Source: Escherichia coli
GTDB taxonomy: Bacteria; Pseudomonadota; Gammaproteobacteria; Enterobacterales; Enterobacteriaceae
Assembly (NCBI RefSeq): GCF_003334765.1
Contig: NZ_QOWT01000010.1
Strand: one strand, 5' to 3'
Length of the DNA stretch: 64,000 bases
Of this stretch, positions 35,674-45,208 are shown piece by piece. Numbering within the stretch: the first letter of the stretch is position 1; the number at the start of each line of letters is the position of its first letter. A program made the position numbers and the translations under genes. Under the pieces are notes generated by a model that was given only the letters and a program-made list of their open reading frames with translations, ran no database searches and was not told where the DNA came from.

Positions 35674-36848
35674 TTTGTGTGGTCCATAATATTTTTCATG
35701 GGAGGATAAATTGAGCCAGATGGAATGGCCCAGGGAGTGATTTTGCTTTCACCTACTAATATTCCCTTAGCTATTCGTGATTGCATGTTAGTAAAAACTT
35801 TATGATATGGTTCGTTTTCGATTAATACTAAATTTTCGAAATCATTAGTACCACCATCATCTAGAGATAGTTTATGGTGAACATTATAATTTAGAGGAAC
35901 ATTGCCCTTTCTCATTCTTAAAAGGTCTTCGGCGTTGAATCTTCCAGATGCTTCGGAGGTTTTTGCAAGTTTGATAAGAAAATTTTTTCTTACAGTTTTA
36001 TTAAACTCCTTTCGTAAGTTAGCTAAGTCTTTTGAAGGTCTCTTAATGTATATTATTTCTATTATGTCTATACCATCAAGAAGTTTTTGTTGACCTCTAA
36101 GTTTGCCTAAGTAACTATTTATTTCTGTATATGTATCAACATTAGAACGCTTTGTTAAAAGAATAGATGCTGTTGCTATCGCTATGCCCGCTGTTTTTTC
36201 ATTTAGTATTTGATCATAGCCTTTTATTGCATCTCCACCCAGTTTTTCCGCAGTATCTCTGAATCCTTCAATGTTCCCATTGTATACGCCACCAGCAGCA
36301 AGTAGCCTGCCAATAGCTTTGCTGTTTAACGTTTTGAAACGATTATTTGTTTGGTTTTTTGAATTTGGTAAAAACAAACGGTTATAATTTTCAGGGAGTG
36401 CCAAATAGCTGAACTCGGTATTTGCGATAAGATGTTGACAGAGGATAAATTCATAACTAATAGTTATTGTTTCTGTATCCAGTTGGTTTTCAATGATCTG
36501 GTGATGAATAGCCGATAAAAAAGCGCCTCTTAGTTGTATATAATAATACTTTTCCAATCTACCAAATCTATTTATTCGATAGAAGTCAAATCCCATAAAT
36601 AATTGTTCATTATTGTTAATGGAATTAATAAATAATGGAGTGCTTTTATCAATTAATTTACAAAATGTTATACCATGGAACTGTGAACCAAGCCCCGTAT
36701 TATTAATATTATTTAAGAGTGAGAATGTAAATATTTCATCCTCATGCCCGCTCTGCCAACGATTACCTGTAGACTCAGAAGTCCCACAACCTGCGGAGAT
36801 GCTTCCTTGTTGTTCTCCCGTTACTGTCAGGTAAACAATATTACTCAT
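35670..36848 (-). CDS. yhhZ: Hcp-domain protein fused to a C-terminal HNH-type nuclease-like toxin domain
   Basis: 392 aa. N-terminal about 150 aa has Hcp (T6SS tube) family character (MSNIVYLTVTGEQQGSISAG...HEDEIFTFSL...FDFYRI...). C-terminus carries an HNH-like motif NYNVHHKLSLDDGGTNDFENLVLIENEPYH. AT-rich gene. Confidence 0.85.
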   Translation of the reverse strand: MSNIVYLTVTGEQQGSISAGCGTSESTGNRWQSGHEDEIFTFSLLNNINNTGLGSQFHGITFCKLIDKSTPLFINSINNNEQLFMGFDFYRINRFGRLEKYYYIQLRGAFLSAIHHQIIENQLDTETITISYEFILCQHLIANTEFSYLALPENYNRLFLPNSKNQTNNRFKTLNSKAIGRLLAAGGVYNGNIEGFRDTAEKLGGDAIKGYDQILNEKTAGIAIATASILLTKRSNVDTYTEINSYLGKLRGQQKLLDGIDIIEIIYIKRPSKDLANLRKEFNKTVRKNFLIKLAKTSEASGRFNAEDLLRMRKGNVPLNYNVHHKLSLDDGGTNDFENLVLIENEPYHKVFTNMQSRIAKGILVGESKITPWAIPSGSIYPPMKNIMDHTK

Positions 36849-37084
36849 CCCTGAAAAGTCCTTTTATGGCATGCTATTTTATCAATGGCAATATTATGCT
36901 TGTTAATTGTTATTTATTTACTCCAGGAAATTGTAGGCGTATATATTAAAAAATAAAATATTACACTTTAGGAAGTAATTATGAGTTAAATCTCAATATA
37001 TGTATTGGGCAAATAAATACCTTAAAGGAAGGTATGTCGATTTTGAATGACACCCTTTTTCCATCTCAGAAAAAGGGCACTATC

Positions 37085-37573
37085 TTACTTCACCCGCGCC
37101 ATATAATATGCATCGACATATTCACCATTACGCAATGCGTACTTCTTACCAGTCCCTTCAATTTCAAAGCCGTATTTTTTATAGACCTTAATTGCCGGGG
37201 CGTTATCGACAAACACGGTTAGTTCAATGCGATCTACCCGCAACCAGTTGTCGCACATTTCAATCATCTCTCGCATCAGGGCGCTGGCGACGCCGCGGTT
37301 CTTCCAACGAGAGTCGACACAGATACCAAAATCGGCAACATGACTGCGGCGTGGGCGCTGTTGCACGTCAATGGTGAGATGGCCCACGACGTCTCCATCA
37401 ATACAGGCGACGAGTTGCTTGATGCCGGGACGATCGGCGAGTCGCTCCTGCCACATATGATCGGAAGGATGAGGCACCTGTAGTGTGTTGCAATACACCT
37501 CCGGCTGGGCGTGAATCTGCCTGATGGCCTCGTAATCCCGTGTTTCTGCGTGGCGTATTACTATCTCACTCAT
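37085..37573 (-). CDS. yhhY: GNAT-family N-acetyltransferase
   Basis: Start placed at MSEIVIRHAETRDYEAIRQIHAQ (162 aa); acetyl-CoA-binding motif RWKNRGVASALM. Confidence 0.85.
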   Translation of the reverse strand: MSEIVIRHAETRDYEAIRQIHAQPEVYCNTLQVPHPSDHMWQERLADRPGIKQLVACIDGDVVGHLTIDVQQRPRRSHVADFGICVDSRWKNRGVASALMREMIEMCDNWLRVDRIELTVFVDNAPAIKVYKKYGFEIEGTGKKYALRNGEYVDAYYMARVK

Positions 37574-37673
37574 TCCTTTGTCCTCTTTGGGGTAAATGTC
37601 CCTTTCAACATCATTGACTTTCAAATGCGAGTCAAATGCATTTTTTTGCAAAAAGTGTTGGACAAGTGCGAAT

Positions 37674-37692
37674 GAGAATGATTATTATTGTC
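37674..37692. promoter_or_regulatory. Fur box overlapping the ryhB promoter
   Basis: GAGAATGATTATTATTGTC matches the Fur consensus GATAATGATAATCATTATC at about 15 of 19 positions, immediately upstream of the ryhB 5' end. Confidence 0.8.
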
Positions 37693-37694
37693 TC

Positions 37695-37784
37695 GCGATC
37701 AGGAAGACCCTCGCGGAGAACCTGAAAGCACGACATTGCTCACATTGCTTCCAGTATTACTTAGCCAGCCGGGTGCTGGCTTTT
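37695..37784 (+). ncRNA. ryhB: Iron-responsive small RNA RyhB
   Basis: GCGATCAGGAAGACCCTCGCGGAGAACCTGAAAGCACGACATTGCTCACATTGCTTCCAGTATTACTTAGCCAGCCGGGTGCTGGCTTTT matches RyhB as I recall it; ends in intrinsic terminator AGCCAGC-CGGGT-GCTGGCT plus T9; lies between yhhY and yhhX as in K-12. Confidence 0.93.
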
Positions 37785-37905
37785 TTTTTGATCTTTCGTT
37801 CTCAATTTATCCACGGGAGTGCTTGTGTTCGTTATGCGCACTCCAGTAGGAACCACGTCCGCTTTGCGCTAAGGTGTAAATAACCACCTTAAAAAGGACG
37901 AAATC

Positions 37906-38943
37906 ATGGTCATCAACTGCGCCTTTATTGGCTTCGGCAAAAGCACCACCCGTTACCATCTGCCGTATGTACTTAACCGCAAGGATAGCTGGCATGTCGC
38001 GCATATTTTTCGTCGCCATGCGAAGCCGGAAGAACAGGCTCCCATTTATTCCCATATCCATTTCACCAGCGATCTCGACGAAGTACTAAACGATCCCGAT
38101 GTTAAGCTGGTTGTTGTCTGCACCCACGCGGACAGCCATTTCGAGTACGCGAAACGCGCGCTGGAAGCCGGGAAAAATGTGCTGGTCGAAAAACCGTTCA
38201 CTCCGACACTTGCGCAGGCGAAAGAGCTGTTTGCGTTGGCGAAAAGCAAAGGGCTGACCGTCACGCCGTATCAGAATCGTCGCTTTGACTCCTGCTTCCT
38301 GACAGCGAAAAAAGCGATTGAAAGTGGCAAGTTGGGAGAGATTGTTGAAGTGGAAAGCCATTTTGACTATTACCGCCCGGTGGCAGAAACCAAACCTGGG
38401 CTGCCGCAGGATGGCGCGTTTTATGGCCTTGGTGTGCATACGATGGACCAGATTATTTCTCTGTTCGGTCGCCCGGATCACGTCGCTTATGACATCCGCA
38501 GCCTGCGTAATAAAGCCAATCCTGACGACACCTTTGAAGCGCAACTGTTTTATGGCGACCTGAAAGCCATCGTCAAAACCAGCCATCTGGTGAAAATCGA
38601 TTATCCGAAATTTATCGTTCACGGTAAGAAAGGTTCGTTTATTAAATACGGTATCGACCAGCAGGAAACCAGCCTGAAGGCTAATATTATGCCGGGCGAA
38701 CCGGGATTCGCAGCGGATGATTCGGTCGGTGTGCTGGAGTATGTCAATGACGAGGGCGTGACGGTCAGAGAAGAGATGAAGCCGGAGATGGGCGATTACG
38801 GGCGCGTTTATGATGCGTTGTATCAAACCATCACCCACGGTGCGCCAAATTACGTCAAGGAATCTGAAGTTCTTACCAATCTGGAAATCCTTGAACGCGG
38901 ATTTGAGCAAGCCTCTCCCTCCACAGTAACTCTCGCTAAGTAA
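37906..38943 (+). CDS. yhhX: Gfo/Idh/MocA-family NAD(P)-dependent oxidoreductase
   Basis: 345 aa; N-terminal Rossmann motif (INCAFIGFGKS). Confidence 0.88.
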   Translation: MVINCAFIGFGKSTTRYHLPYVLNRKDSWHVAHIFRRHAKPEEQAPIYSHIHFTSDLDEVLNDPDVKLVVVCTHADSHFEYAKRALEAGKNVLVEKPFTPTLAQAKELFALAKSKGLTVTPYQNRRFDSCFLTAKKAIESGKLGEIVEVESHFDYYRPVAETKPGLPQDGAFYGLGVHTMDQIISLFGRPDHVAYDIRSLRNKANPDDTFEAQLFYGDLKAIVKTSHLVKIDYPKFIVHGKKGSFIKYGIDQQETSLKANIMPGEPGFAADDSVGVLEYVNDEGVTVREEMKPEMGDYGRVYDALYQTITHGAPNYVKESEVLTNLEILERGFEQASPSTVTLAK

Positions 38944-39065
38944 GTTTGATGGCCCCTCGAATAGTTCAATTTTTTTGAACAGAGGGGTCAATTTTCACCC
39001 TCTATCATCCCAGACAGATCGGGTCCACACTAAGCCCATCGAAATCATTCAGGGGGCGAATACAA

Positions 39066-39761
39066 ATGATCTACTTACGCAAAGCAAATGAACGTGGTCA
39101 TGCAAATCATGGCTGGCTGGACTCCTGGCATACTTTCTCTTTTGCCAACTATTACGATCCGAACTTTATGGGCTTCTCCGCGCTGCGCGTGATTAACGAC
39201 GACGTGATTGAAGCAGGGCAGGGCTTCGGCACTCACCCGCATAAAGATATGGAAATTTTGACCTACGTGCTGGAAGGTACTGTTGAGCATCAGGACAGCA
39301 TGGGCAATAAAGAGCAGGTTCCGGCGGGTGAGTTCCAGATTATGAGTGCTGGTACGGGTATTCGTCACTCAGAGTACAACCCAAGCAGCACCGAGCGTCT
39401 GCATCTGTATCAGATCTGGATCATGCCTGAAGAAAACGGTATTACGCCGCGTTATGAACAGCGTCGCTTCGATGCCGTACAGGGCAAACAGCTGGTGCTC
39501 TCGCCGGATGCGCGAGATGGTTCATTGAAAGTGCATCAGGATATGGAACTGTACCGCTGGGCGTTGCTGAAAGATGAGCAGTCGGTGCATCAGATTGCCG
39601 CTGAACGCCGCGTCTGGATCCAGGTGGTGAAAGGCAATGTCACCATTAACGGCGTGAAAGCCTCGACCAGCGATGGTCTGGCAATCTGGGATGAGCAGGC
39701 AATCTCCATCCATGCGGATAGCGACAGCGAAGTGTTACTGTTCGATCTGCCGCCGGTTTAA
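39066..39761 (+). CDS. yhhW: Pirin-like quercetin 2,3-dioxygenase
   Basis: 231 aa; cupin metal-binding His residues (HPHKDMEILTYVLEG). Confidence 0.88.
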   Translation: MIYLRKANERGHANHGWLDSWHTFSFANYYDPNFMGFSALRVINDDVIEAGQGFGTHPHKDMEILTYVLEGTVEHQDSMGNKEQVPAGEFQIMSAGTGIRHSEYNPSSTERLHLYQIWIMPEENGITPRYEQRRFDAVQGKQLVLSPDARDGSLKVHQDMELYRWALLKDEQSVHQIAAERRVWIQVVKGNVTINGVKASTSDGLAIWDEQAISIHADSDSEVLLFDLPPV

Positions 39762-39984
39762 AACTCAACGGCATCTTTGAAGCCTGCCTTTTTGCAGGCT
39801 TCCTCGCTCGCTCCGGTCGCGTGCTGATGTACGCTTCCGGGGTTTTGCCGCGTCGTTAGCACAATGCGATGCAATTGATTTAGTGTATATCTAATAATTG
39901 TAAACAAGCACTGTTTTCCCCGGGAAGGTTCTGATGTGTCCGTGTTAAACTAAGAGAATCTATCTCTTTTGTACCTTCAGGACG

Positions 39985-40980
39985 ATGAAAAAGAAAAGAC
40001 CCGTACTTCAGGATGTGGCTGACCGTGTAGGCGTGACCAAAATGACGGTCAGCCGTTTTTTACGCAACCCGGAGCAGGTTTCCGTCGCTCTACGCGGCAA
40101 GATTGCCGCGGCTCTTGATGAACTGGGCTATATTCCCAATCGTGCGCCCGATATCCTCTCTAACGCCACCAGCCGGGCGATTGGCGTCCTGTTACCTTCT
40201 CTCACCAACCAGGTTTTCGCGGAAGTATTACGCGGAATCGAAAGCGTCACCGACGCGCACGGTTATCAGACCATGCTGGCGCACTACGGTTATAAACCGG
40301 AAATGGAGCAAGAACGCCTCGAATCCATGCTCTCCTGGAATATCGACGGCCTGATCCTCACCGAACGTACCCACACGCCGCGCACCTTAAAGATGATTGA
40401 AGTGGCGGGTATTCCCGTGGTGGAACTGATGGACAGCAAGTCGCCATGCCTTGATATCGCCGTCGGTTTTGATAACTTTGAAGCAGCACGCCAGATGACC
40501 ACTGCCATTATTGCTCGCGGGCATCGCCACATTGCCTATCTCGGCGCACGTCTCGACGAACGTACTATCATCAAACAGAAGGGATACGAACAGGCGATGC
40601 TGGATGCAGGCCTGGTGCCATATAGCGTGATGGTTGAGCAATCTTCTTCTTACTCTTCCGGTATTGAACTGATTCGCCAGGCGCGGCGGGAATATCCGCA
40701 GCTGGATGGCGTGTTCTGTACGAATGATGACCTGGCGGTCGGCGCGGCGTTTGAATGTCAGCGTCTGGGGTTAAAAGTTCCTGACGATATGGCGATTGCC
40801 GGTTTCCACGGTCATGACATTGGTCAGGTGATGGAGCCACGACTTGCGAGCGTGCTGACGCCGCGTGAGCGGATGGGCAGTATTGGCGCTGAACGCCTGC
40901 TGGCGCGTATTCGTGGCGAATCTGTGACACCGAAAATGTTAGATTTAGGTTTCACCTTGTCACCGGGCGGATCTATTTAA
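39985..40980 (+). CDS. gntR: LacI-family gluconate repressor
   Basis: 331 aa; N-terminal HTH (VLQDVADRVGVTKMTVSRFL) plus periplasmic-binding-protein-like domain. Confidence 0.93.
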   Translation: MKKKRPVLQDVADRVGVTKMTVSRFLRNPEQVSVALRGKIAAALDELGYIPNRAPDILSNATSRAIGVLLPSLTNQVFAEVLRGIESVTDAHGYQTMLAHYGYKPEMEQERLESMLSWNIDGLILTERTHTPRTLKMIEVAGIPVVELMDSKSPCLDIAVGFDNFEAARQMTTAIIARGHRHIAYLGARLDERTIIKQKGYEQAMLDAGLVPYSVMVEQSSSYSSGIELIRQARREYPQLDGVFCTNDDLAVGAAFECQRLGLKVPDDMAIAGFHGHDIGQVMEPRLASVLTPRERMGSIGAERLLARIRGESVTPKMLDLGFTLSPGGSI

Positions 40981-41057
40981 GCCCACAAATTTGAAGTAGC
41001 TCACACTTATACACTTAAGGCATGGATGGATATTGCTTCTGATATTGTCCGGCTGGA

Positions 41058-41087
41058 CAATGTTACCGATAACAGTTACCCGTAACA
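41058..41087. promoter_or_regulatory. GntR operator-like sites upstream of gntK
   Basis: AATGTTACCGATAACAGTTACCCGTAACAT contains two overlapping ATGTTACC/GTAACAT half-site motifs typical of GntR operators, 30-60 bp upstream of the gntK start. Confidence 0.7.
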
Positions 41088-41118
41088 TTTTTAATTCTTG
41101 TATTGTGGGGGCACCACT

Positions 41119-41646
41119 TTGAGCACGACTAACCATGATCACCACATTTACGTCTTGATGGGCGTATCGGGCAGCGGCAAATCTGCGGTCGCCAGTGAAG
41201 TGGCGCATCAACTTCATGCCGCGTTTCTTGATGGCGATTTCCTCCATCCACGGCGCAATATCGAAAAAATGGCGTCTGGCGAACCACTGAATGACGACGA
41301 TCGCAAACCGTGGTTGCAGGCGCTGAACGACGCCGCGTTTGCTATGCAGCGCACTAATAAAGTGTCGCTGATCGTCTGTTCTGCATTGAAAAAACACTAT
41401 CGCGACTTGCTGCGTGAAGGTAATCCGAATCTCTCTTTCATCTATTTGAAAGGCGATTTTGATGTGATTGAAAGCCGCCTGAAAGCGCGCAAAGGCCATT
41501 TCTTTAAAACCCAAATGTTGGTGACGCAGTTTGAAACGCTGCAGGAGCCGGGTGCGGACGAAACCGATGTACTGGTGGTGGATATCGATCAACCGCTGGA
41601 AGGTGTTGTGGCAAGCACCATTGAGGTTATTAAAAAAGGCAAATAA
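41119..41646 (+). CDS. gntK: Gluconokinase (thermoresistant)
   Basis: Start placed at in-frame TTG giving MSTTNHDHHIYVLMGVSGSGKSAV (175 aa); P-loop GVSGSGKS. Confidence 0.9.
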   Translation: MSTTNHDHHIYVLMGVSGSGKSAVASEVAHQLHAAFLDGDFLHPRRNIEKMASGEPLNDDDRKPWLQALNDAAFAMQRTNKVSLIVCSALKKHYRDLLREGNPNLSFIYLKGDFDVIESRLKARKGHFFKTQMLVTQFETLQEPGADETDVLVVDIDQPLEGVVASTIEVIKKGK

Positions 41647-41649
41647 GTA

Positions 41650-42990
41650 GTGACTACATTAACGCTTGTTTTAACAGCAGTAGGGTCTGTTTTACTGCTG
41701 CTGTTTTTAGTCATGAAGGCGCGTATGCACGCTTTCCTGGCTTTAATGGTGGTGTCCATGGGGGCTGGCCTTTTTTCTGGTATGCCGCTCGATAAAATCG
41801 CAGCGACGATGGAAAAAGGGATGGGAGGCACCCTCGGCTTCCTGGCGGTGGTTGTCGCCCTGGGAGCTATGTTTGGCAAGATCTTACATGAAACCGGCGC
41901 AGTCGATCAGATTGCCGTCAAAATGCTCAAATCCTTCGGTCACAGCCGCGCGCATTATGCCATCGGCCTTGCGGGGCTGGTCTGTGCGCTACCGCTGTTC
42001 TTTGAAGTGGCGATAGTTCTGCTGATTAGCGTTGCTTTCTCAATGGCGCGCCACACCGGTACGAACCTGGTGAAGCTGGTAATCCCATTATTTGCAGGCG
42101 TGGCGGCAGCGGCGGCATTTCTGGTGCCTGGACCAGCGCCGATGCTGCTGGCATCGCAGATGAATGCCGACTTTGGCTGGATGATCCTGATTGGCCTGTG
42201 TGCGGCAATTCCGGGAATGATTATTGCCGGGCCGCTGTGGGGTAACTTCATCAGCCGTTACGTTGAGCTGCATATTCCTGACGACATCAGCGAACCGCAT
42301 CTCGGCGAAGGCAAAATGCCATCTTTCGGATTCAGCCTGTCGCTGATCCTGCTGCCGCTGGTGCTGGTAGGGCTGAAAACCATTGCCGCGCGTTTTGTGC
42401 CGGAAGGATCAACTGCTTACGAATGGTTTGAGTTTATCGGTCATCCGTTTACCGCGATTCTGGTTGCTTGTCTGGTGGCGATTTACGGTCTGGCAATGCG
42501 TCAGGGCATGCCAAAAGACAAAGTGATGGAGATTTGCGGTCACGCGCTGCAACCGGCGGGGATCATTCTGCTGGTGATTGGTGCGGGCGGCGTGTTCAAA
42601 CAGGTGCTGGTTGACTCTGGCGTAGGTCCGGCACTGGGCGAAGCGTTAACCGGCATGGGCCTGCCGATTGCTATCACCTGCTTCGTGCTGGCAGCTGCAG
42701 TGCGCATCATTCAGGGTTCTGCCACCGTAGCCTGTTTAACGGCGGTAGGACTGGTGATGCCGGTTATTGAACAACTGAACTACTCCGGTGCGCAAATGGC
42801 GGCGCTGTCGATTTGTATCGCTGGTGGTTCGATTGTTGTCAGCCACGTTAACGACGCCGGTTTCTGGTTGTTCGGTAAATTTACCGGCGCGACCGAAGCC
42901 GAAACGCTGAAAACCTGGACCATGATGGAAACCATCCTCGGCACTGTCGGTGCCATCGTTGGGATGATTGCGTTCCAGCTGTTGAGTTAA
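41650..42990 (+). CDS. gntU: Low-affinity gluconate transporter
   Basis: 446-aa GntP-family permease; GTG start 3 bp after the gntK stop. Confidence 0.9.
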   Translation: MTTLTLVLTAVGSVLLLLFLVMKARMHAFLALMVVSMGAGLFSGMPLDKIAATMEKGMGGTLGFLAVVVALGAMFGKILHETGAVDQIAVKMLKSFGHSRAHYAIGLAGLVCALPLFFEVAIVLLISVAFSMARHTGTNLVKLVIPLFAGVAAAAAFLVPGPAPMLLASQMNADFGWMILIGLCAAIPGMIIAGPLWGNFISRYVELHIPDDISEPHLGEGKMPSFGFSLSLILLPLVLVGLKTIAARFVPEGSTAYEWFEFIGHPFTAILVACLVAIYGLAMRQGMPKDKVMEICGHALQPAGIILLVIGAGGVFKQVLVDSGVGPALGEALTGMGLPIAITCFVLAAAVRIIQGSATVACLTAVGLVMPVIEQLNYSGAQMAALSICIAGGSIVVSHVNDAGFWLFGKFTGATEAETLKTWTMMETILGTVGAIVGMIAFQLLS

Positions 42991-43046
42991 GTTTGTTCGC
43001 CCGGTAGTTGTGACGCTACCGGGTTCTTTTCGAAAAACTCTCCTCG

Positions 43047-43640
43047 TTACCCCTTCATCCACATTCGAATGCCGTCGAGGAACATCTGGGTTGCCATCAT
43101 CACCAGAATCAATCCCATCAGGCGTTCAAGTGCGTTCACCCCTTTCTCGCCCAGCAGACGTAAAAATAGCGAAGACTGTAGCAGGATGACAAAGGTGCCG
43201 CCCCAGGCCAGCAGCAGAGCAATCACCAGATGCCCCATCTGATTCGGGTACTGATGAGACAACAACATCAGCGTGGCGAGAATAGTCGGCCCGGCGACTA
43301 ACGGAATTGCCAACGGCACGATAAATGGCTCTTCACCTGCCGGAAGCCCGCTGCTATTTCCTGAAGCGCTGGGGAAAATCATTTTAATGGCGATCAGAAA
43401 CAGAATGATGCCGCCAGAAATGGAGACGGTTTCTGCTCGTAGGCTAAGAAATGCCAGAATTTTCTCACCCGCAAACAGGAACACCAGCATCACCAGGAGA
43501 GCAATAAGCAACTCTCGCACCATGATTGCCCGCCGTCTTTTCGGTTCAGTATGTTTCAGTACGGACATGAAAATAGGTAGGTTTCCGAGCGGATCCATAA
43601 TCAGGATCAATAAAACTGCTGCAGAAATGATTTCATTCAT
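43047..43640 (-). CDS. yhgN: MarC-family inner-membrane protein
   Basis: 197-aa hydrophobic ORF recognised as YhgN; hairpin CCCGGTAG-N8-CTACCGGG lies between gntU and yhgN. Confidence 0.85.
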   Translation of the reverse strand: MNEIISAAVLLILIMDPLGNLPIFMSVLKHTEPKRRRAIMVRELLIALLVMLVFLFAGEKILAFLSLRAETVSISGGIILFLIAIKMIFPSASGNSSGLPAGEEPFIVPLAIPLVAGPTILATLMLLSHQYPNQMGHLVIALLLAWGGTFVILLQSSLFLRLLGEKGVNALERLMGLILVMMATQMFLDGIRMWMKG

Positions 43641-43832
43641 AACTCAAATTCCCTGATAATTGCCGCGGACTTTCTGCGTGCTAACAAAGCAGGATAAGTC
43701 GCATTACTGATGGCTTCGCTATCATTGATTAATTTCACTTGCGACTTTGGCTGCTTTTTGTATGGTGAAAGATGTGCCAAGAGGAGACCGGCACATTTAT
43801 ACAGCACACATCTTTGCAGGAAAAAAACGCTT

Positions 43833-44936
43833 ATGAAAAATGTTGGTTTTATCGGCTGGCGCGGTATGGTCGGCTCCGTTCTCATGCAACGCATGGTTGA
43901 AGAGCGCGACTTCGACGCCATTCGCCCTGTCTTCTTTTCTACTTCTCAGCTTGGCCAGGCTGCGCCGTCTTTTGGCGGAACCACTGGCACACTTCAGGAT
44001 GCCTTTGATCTGGAGGCGCTAAAGGCCCTCGATATCATTGTGACCTGTCAGGGCGGCGATTATACCAACGAAATCTATCCAAAGCTTCGTGAAAGCGGAT
44101 GGCAAGGTTACTGGATTGACGCAGCATCGTCTCTGCGCATGAAAGATGACGCCATCATCATTCTTGACCCCGTCAATCAGGACGTCATTACCGACGGATT
44201 AAATAATGGCATCAGGACTTTTGTTGGCGGTAACTGTACCGTAAGCCTGATGTTGATGTCGTTGGGTGGTTTATTCGCCAATGATCTTGTTGATTGGGTG
44301 TCCGTTGCAACCTACCAGGCCGCTTCCGGCGGTGGTGCGCGACATATGCGTGAGTTATTAACCCAGATGGGCCATCTGTATGGCCATGTGGCAGATGAAC
44401 TCGCGACCCCGTCCTCTGCTATTCTCGATATCGAACGCAAAGTCACAACCTTAACCCGTAGCGGTGAGCTGCCGGTGGATAACTTTGGCGTGCCGCTGGC
44501 GGGTAGCCTGATTCCGTGGATCGACAAACAGCTCGATAACGGTCAGAGCCGCGAAGAGTGGAAAGGGCAGGCGGAAACCAACAAGATCCTCAACACATCT
44601 TCCGTAATTCCGGTAGATGGTTTATGTGTGCGTGTCGGGGCATTGCGCTGCCACAGCCAGGCATTCACTATTAAATTGAAAAAAGATGTGTCTATTCCGA
44701 CCGTGGAAGAACTGCTGGCTGCGCACAATCCGTGGGCGAAAGTCGTTCCGAACGATCGGGAAATCACTATGCGTGAGCTAACCCCAGCTGCCGTTACCGG
44801 CACGCTGACCACGCCGGTAGGCCGCCTGCGTAAGCTGAATATGGGACCAGAGTTCCTGTCAGCCTTTACCGTGGGCGACCAGCTGCTGTGGGGGGCCGCG
44901 GAGCCGCTGCGTCGGATGCTTCGTCAACTGGCGTAA
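43833..44936 (+). CDS. asd: Aspartate-semialdehyde dehydrogenase
   Basis: Start placed at [17 protein letters not shown] (367 aa); active-site Cys region GGNCTVS. Confidence 0.95.
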
Positions 44937-45208
44937 TCTTTATTCATTAAATCTGGGGCGCGATGCCGCCCCTGTTAGTGCGTAATACAGGAGTAAGCGC
45001 AGATGTTTCATGATTTACCGGGAGTTAAATAGAGCATTGGCTATTCTTTAAGGGTGGCTGAATACATGAGTATTCACAGCCTTACCTGAAGTGAGGACGA
45101 CGCAGAGAGGATGCACAGAGTGCTGCGCCGTTCAGGTCAAAAAAATGTCACAACCAGAAGTCAAAAATCCAATTGGATGGGGTGACACAATAAAACAGGA
45201 AGACAAGC

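Noticed and set aside
35902-36834. Small plus-strand ORFs (63 and 73 aa) inside yhhZ
   Set aside because: Antisense to the Hcp-nuclease gene; chance frames in AT-rich DNA.
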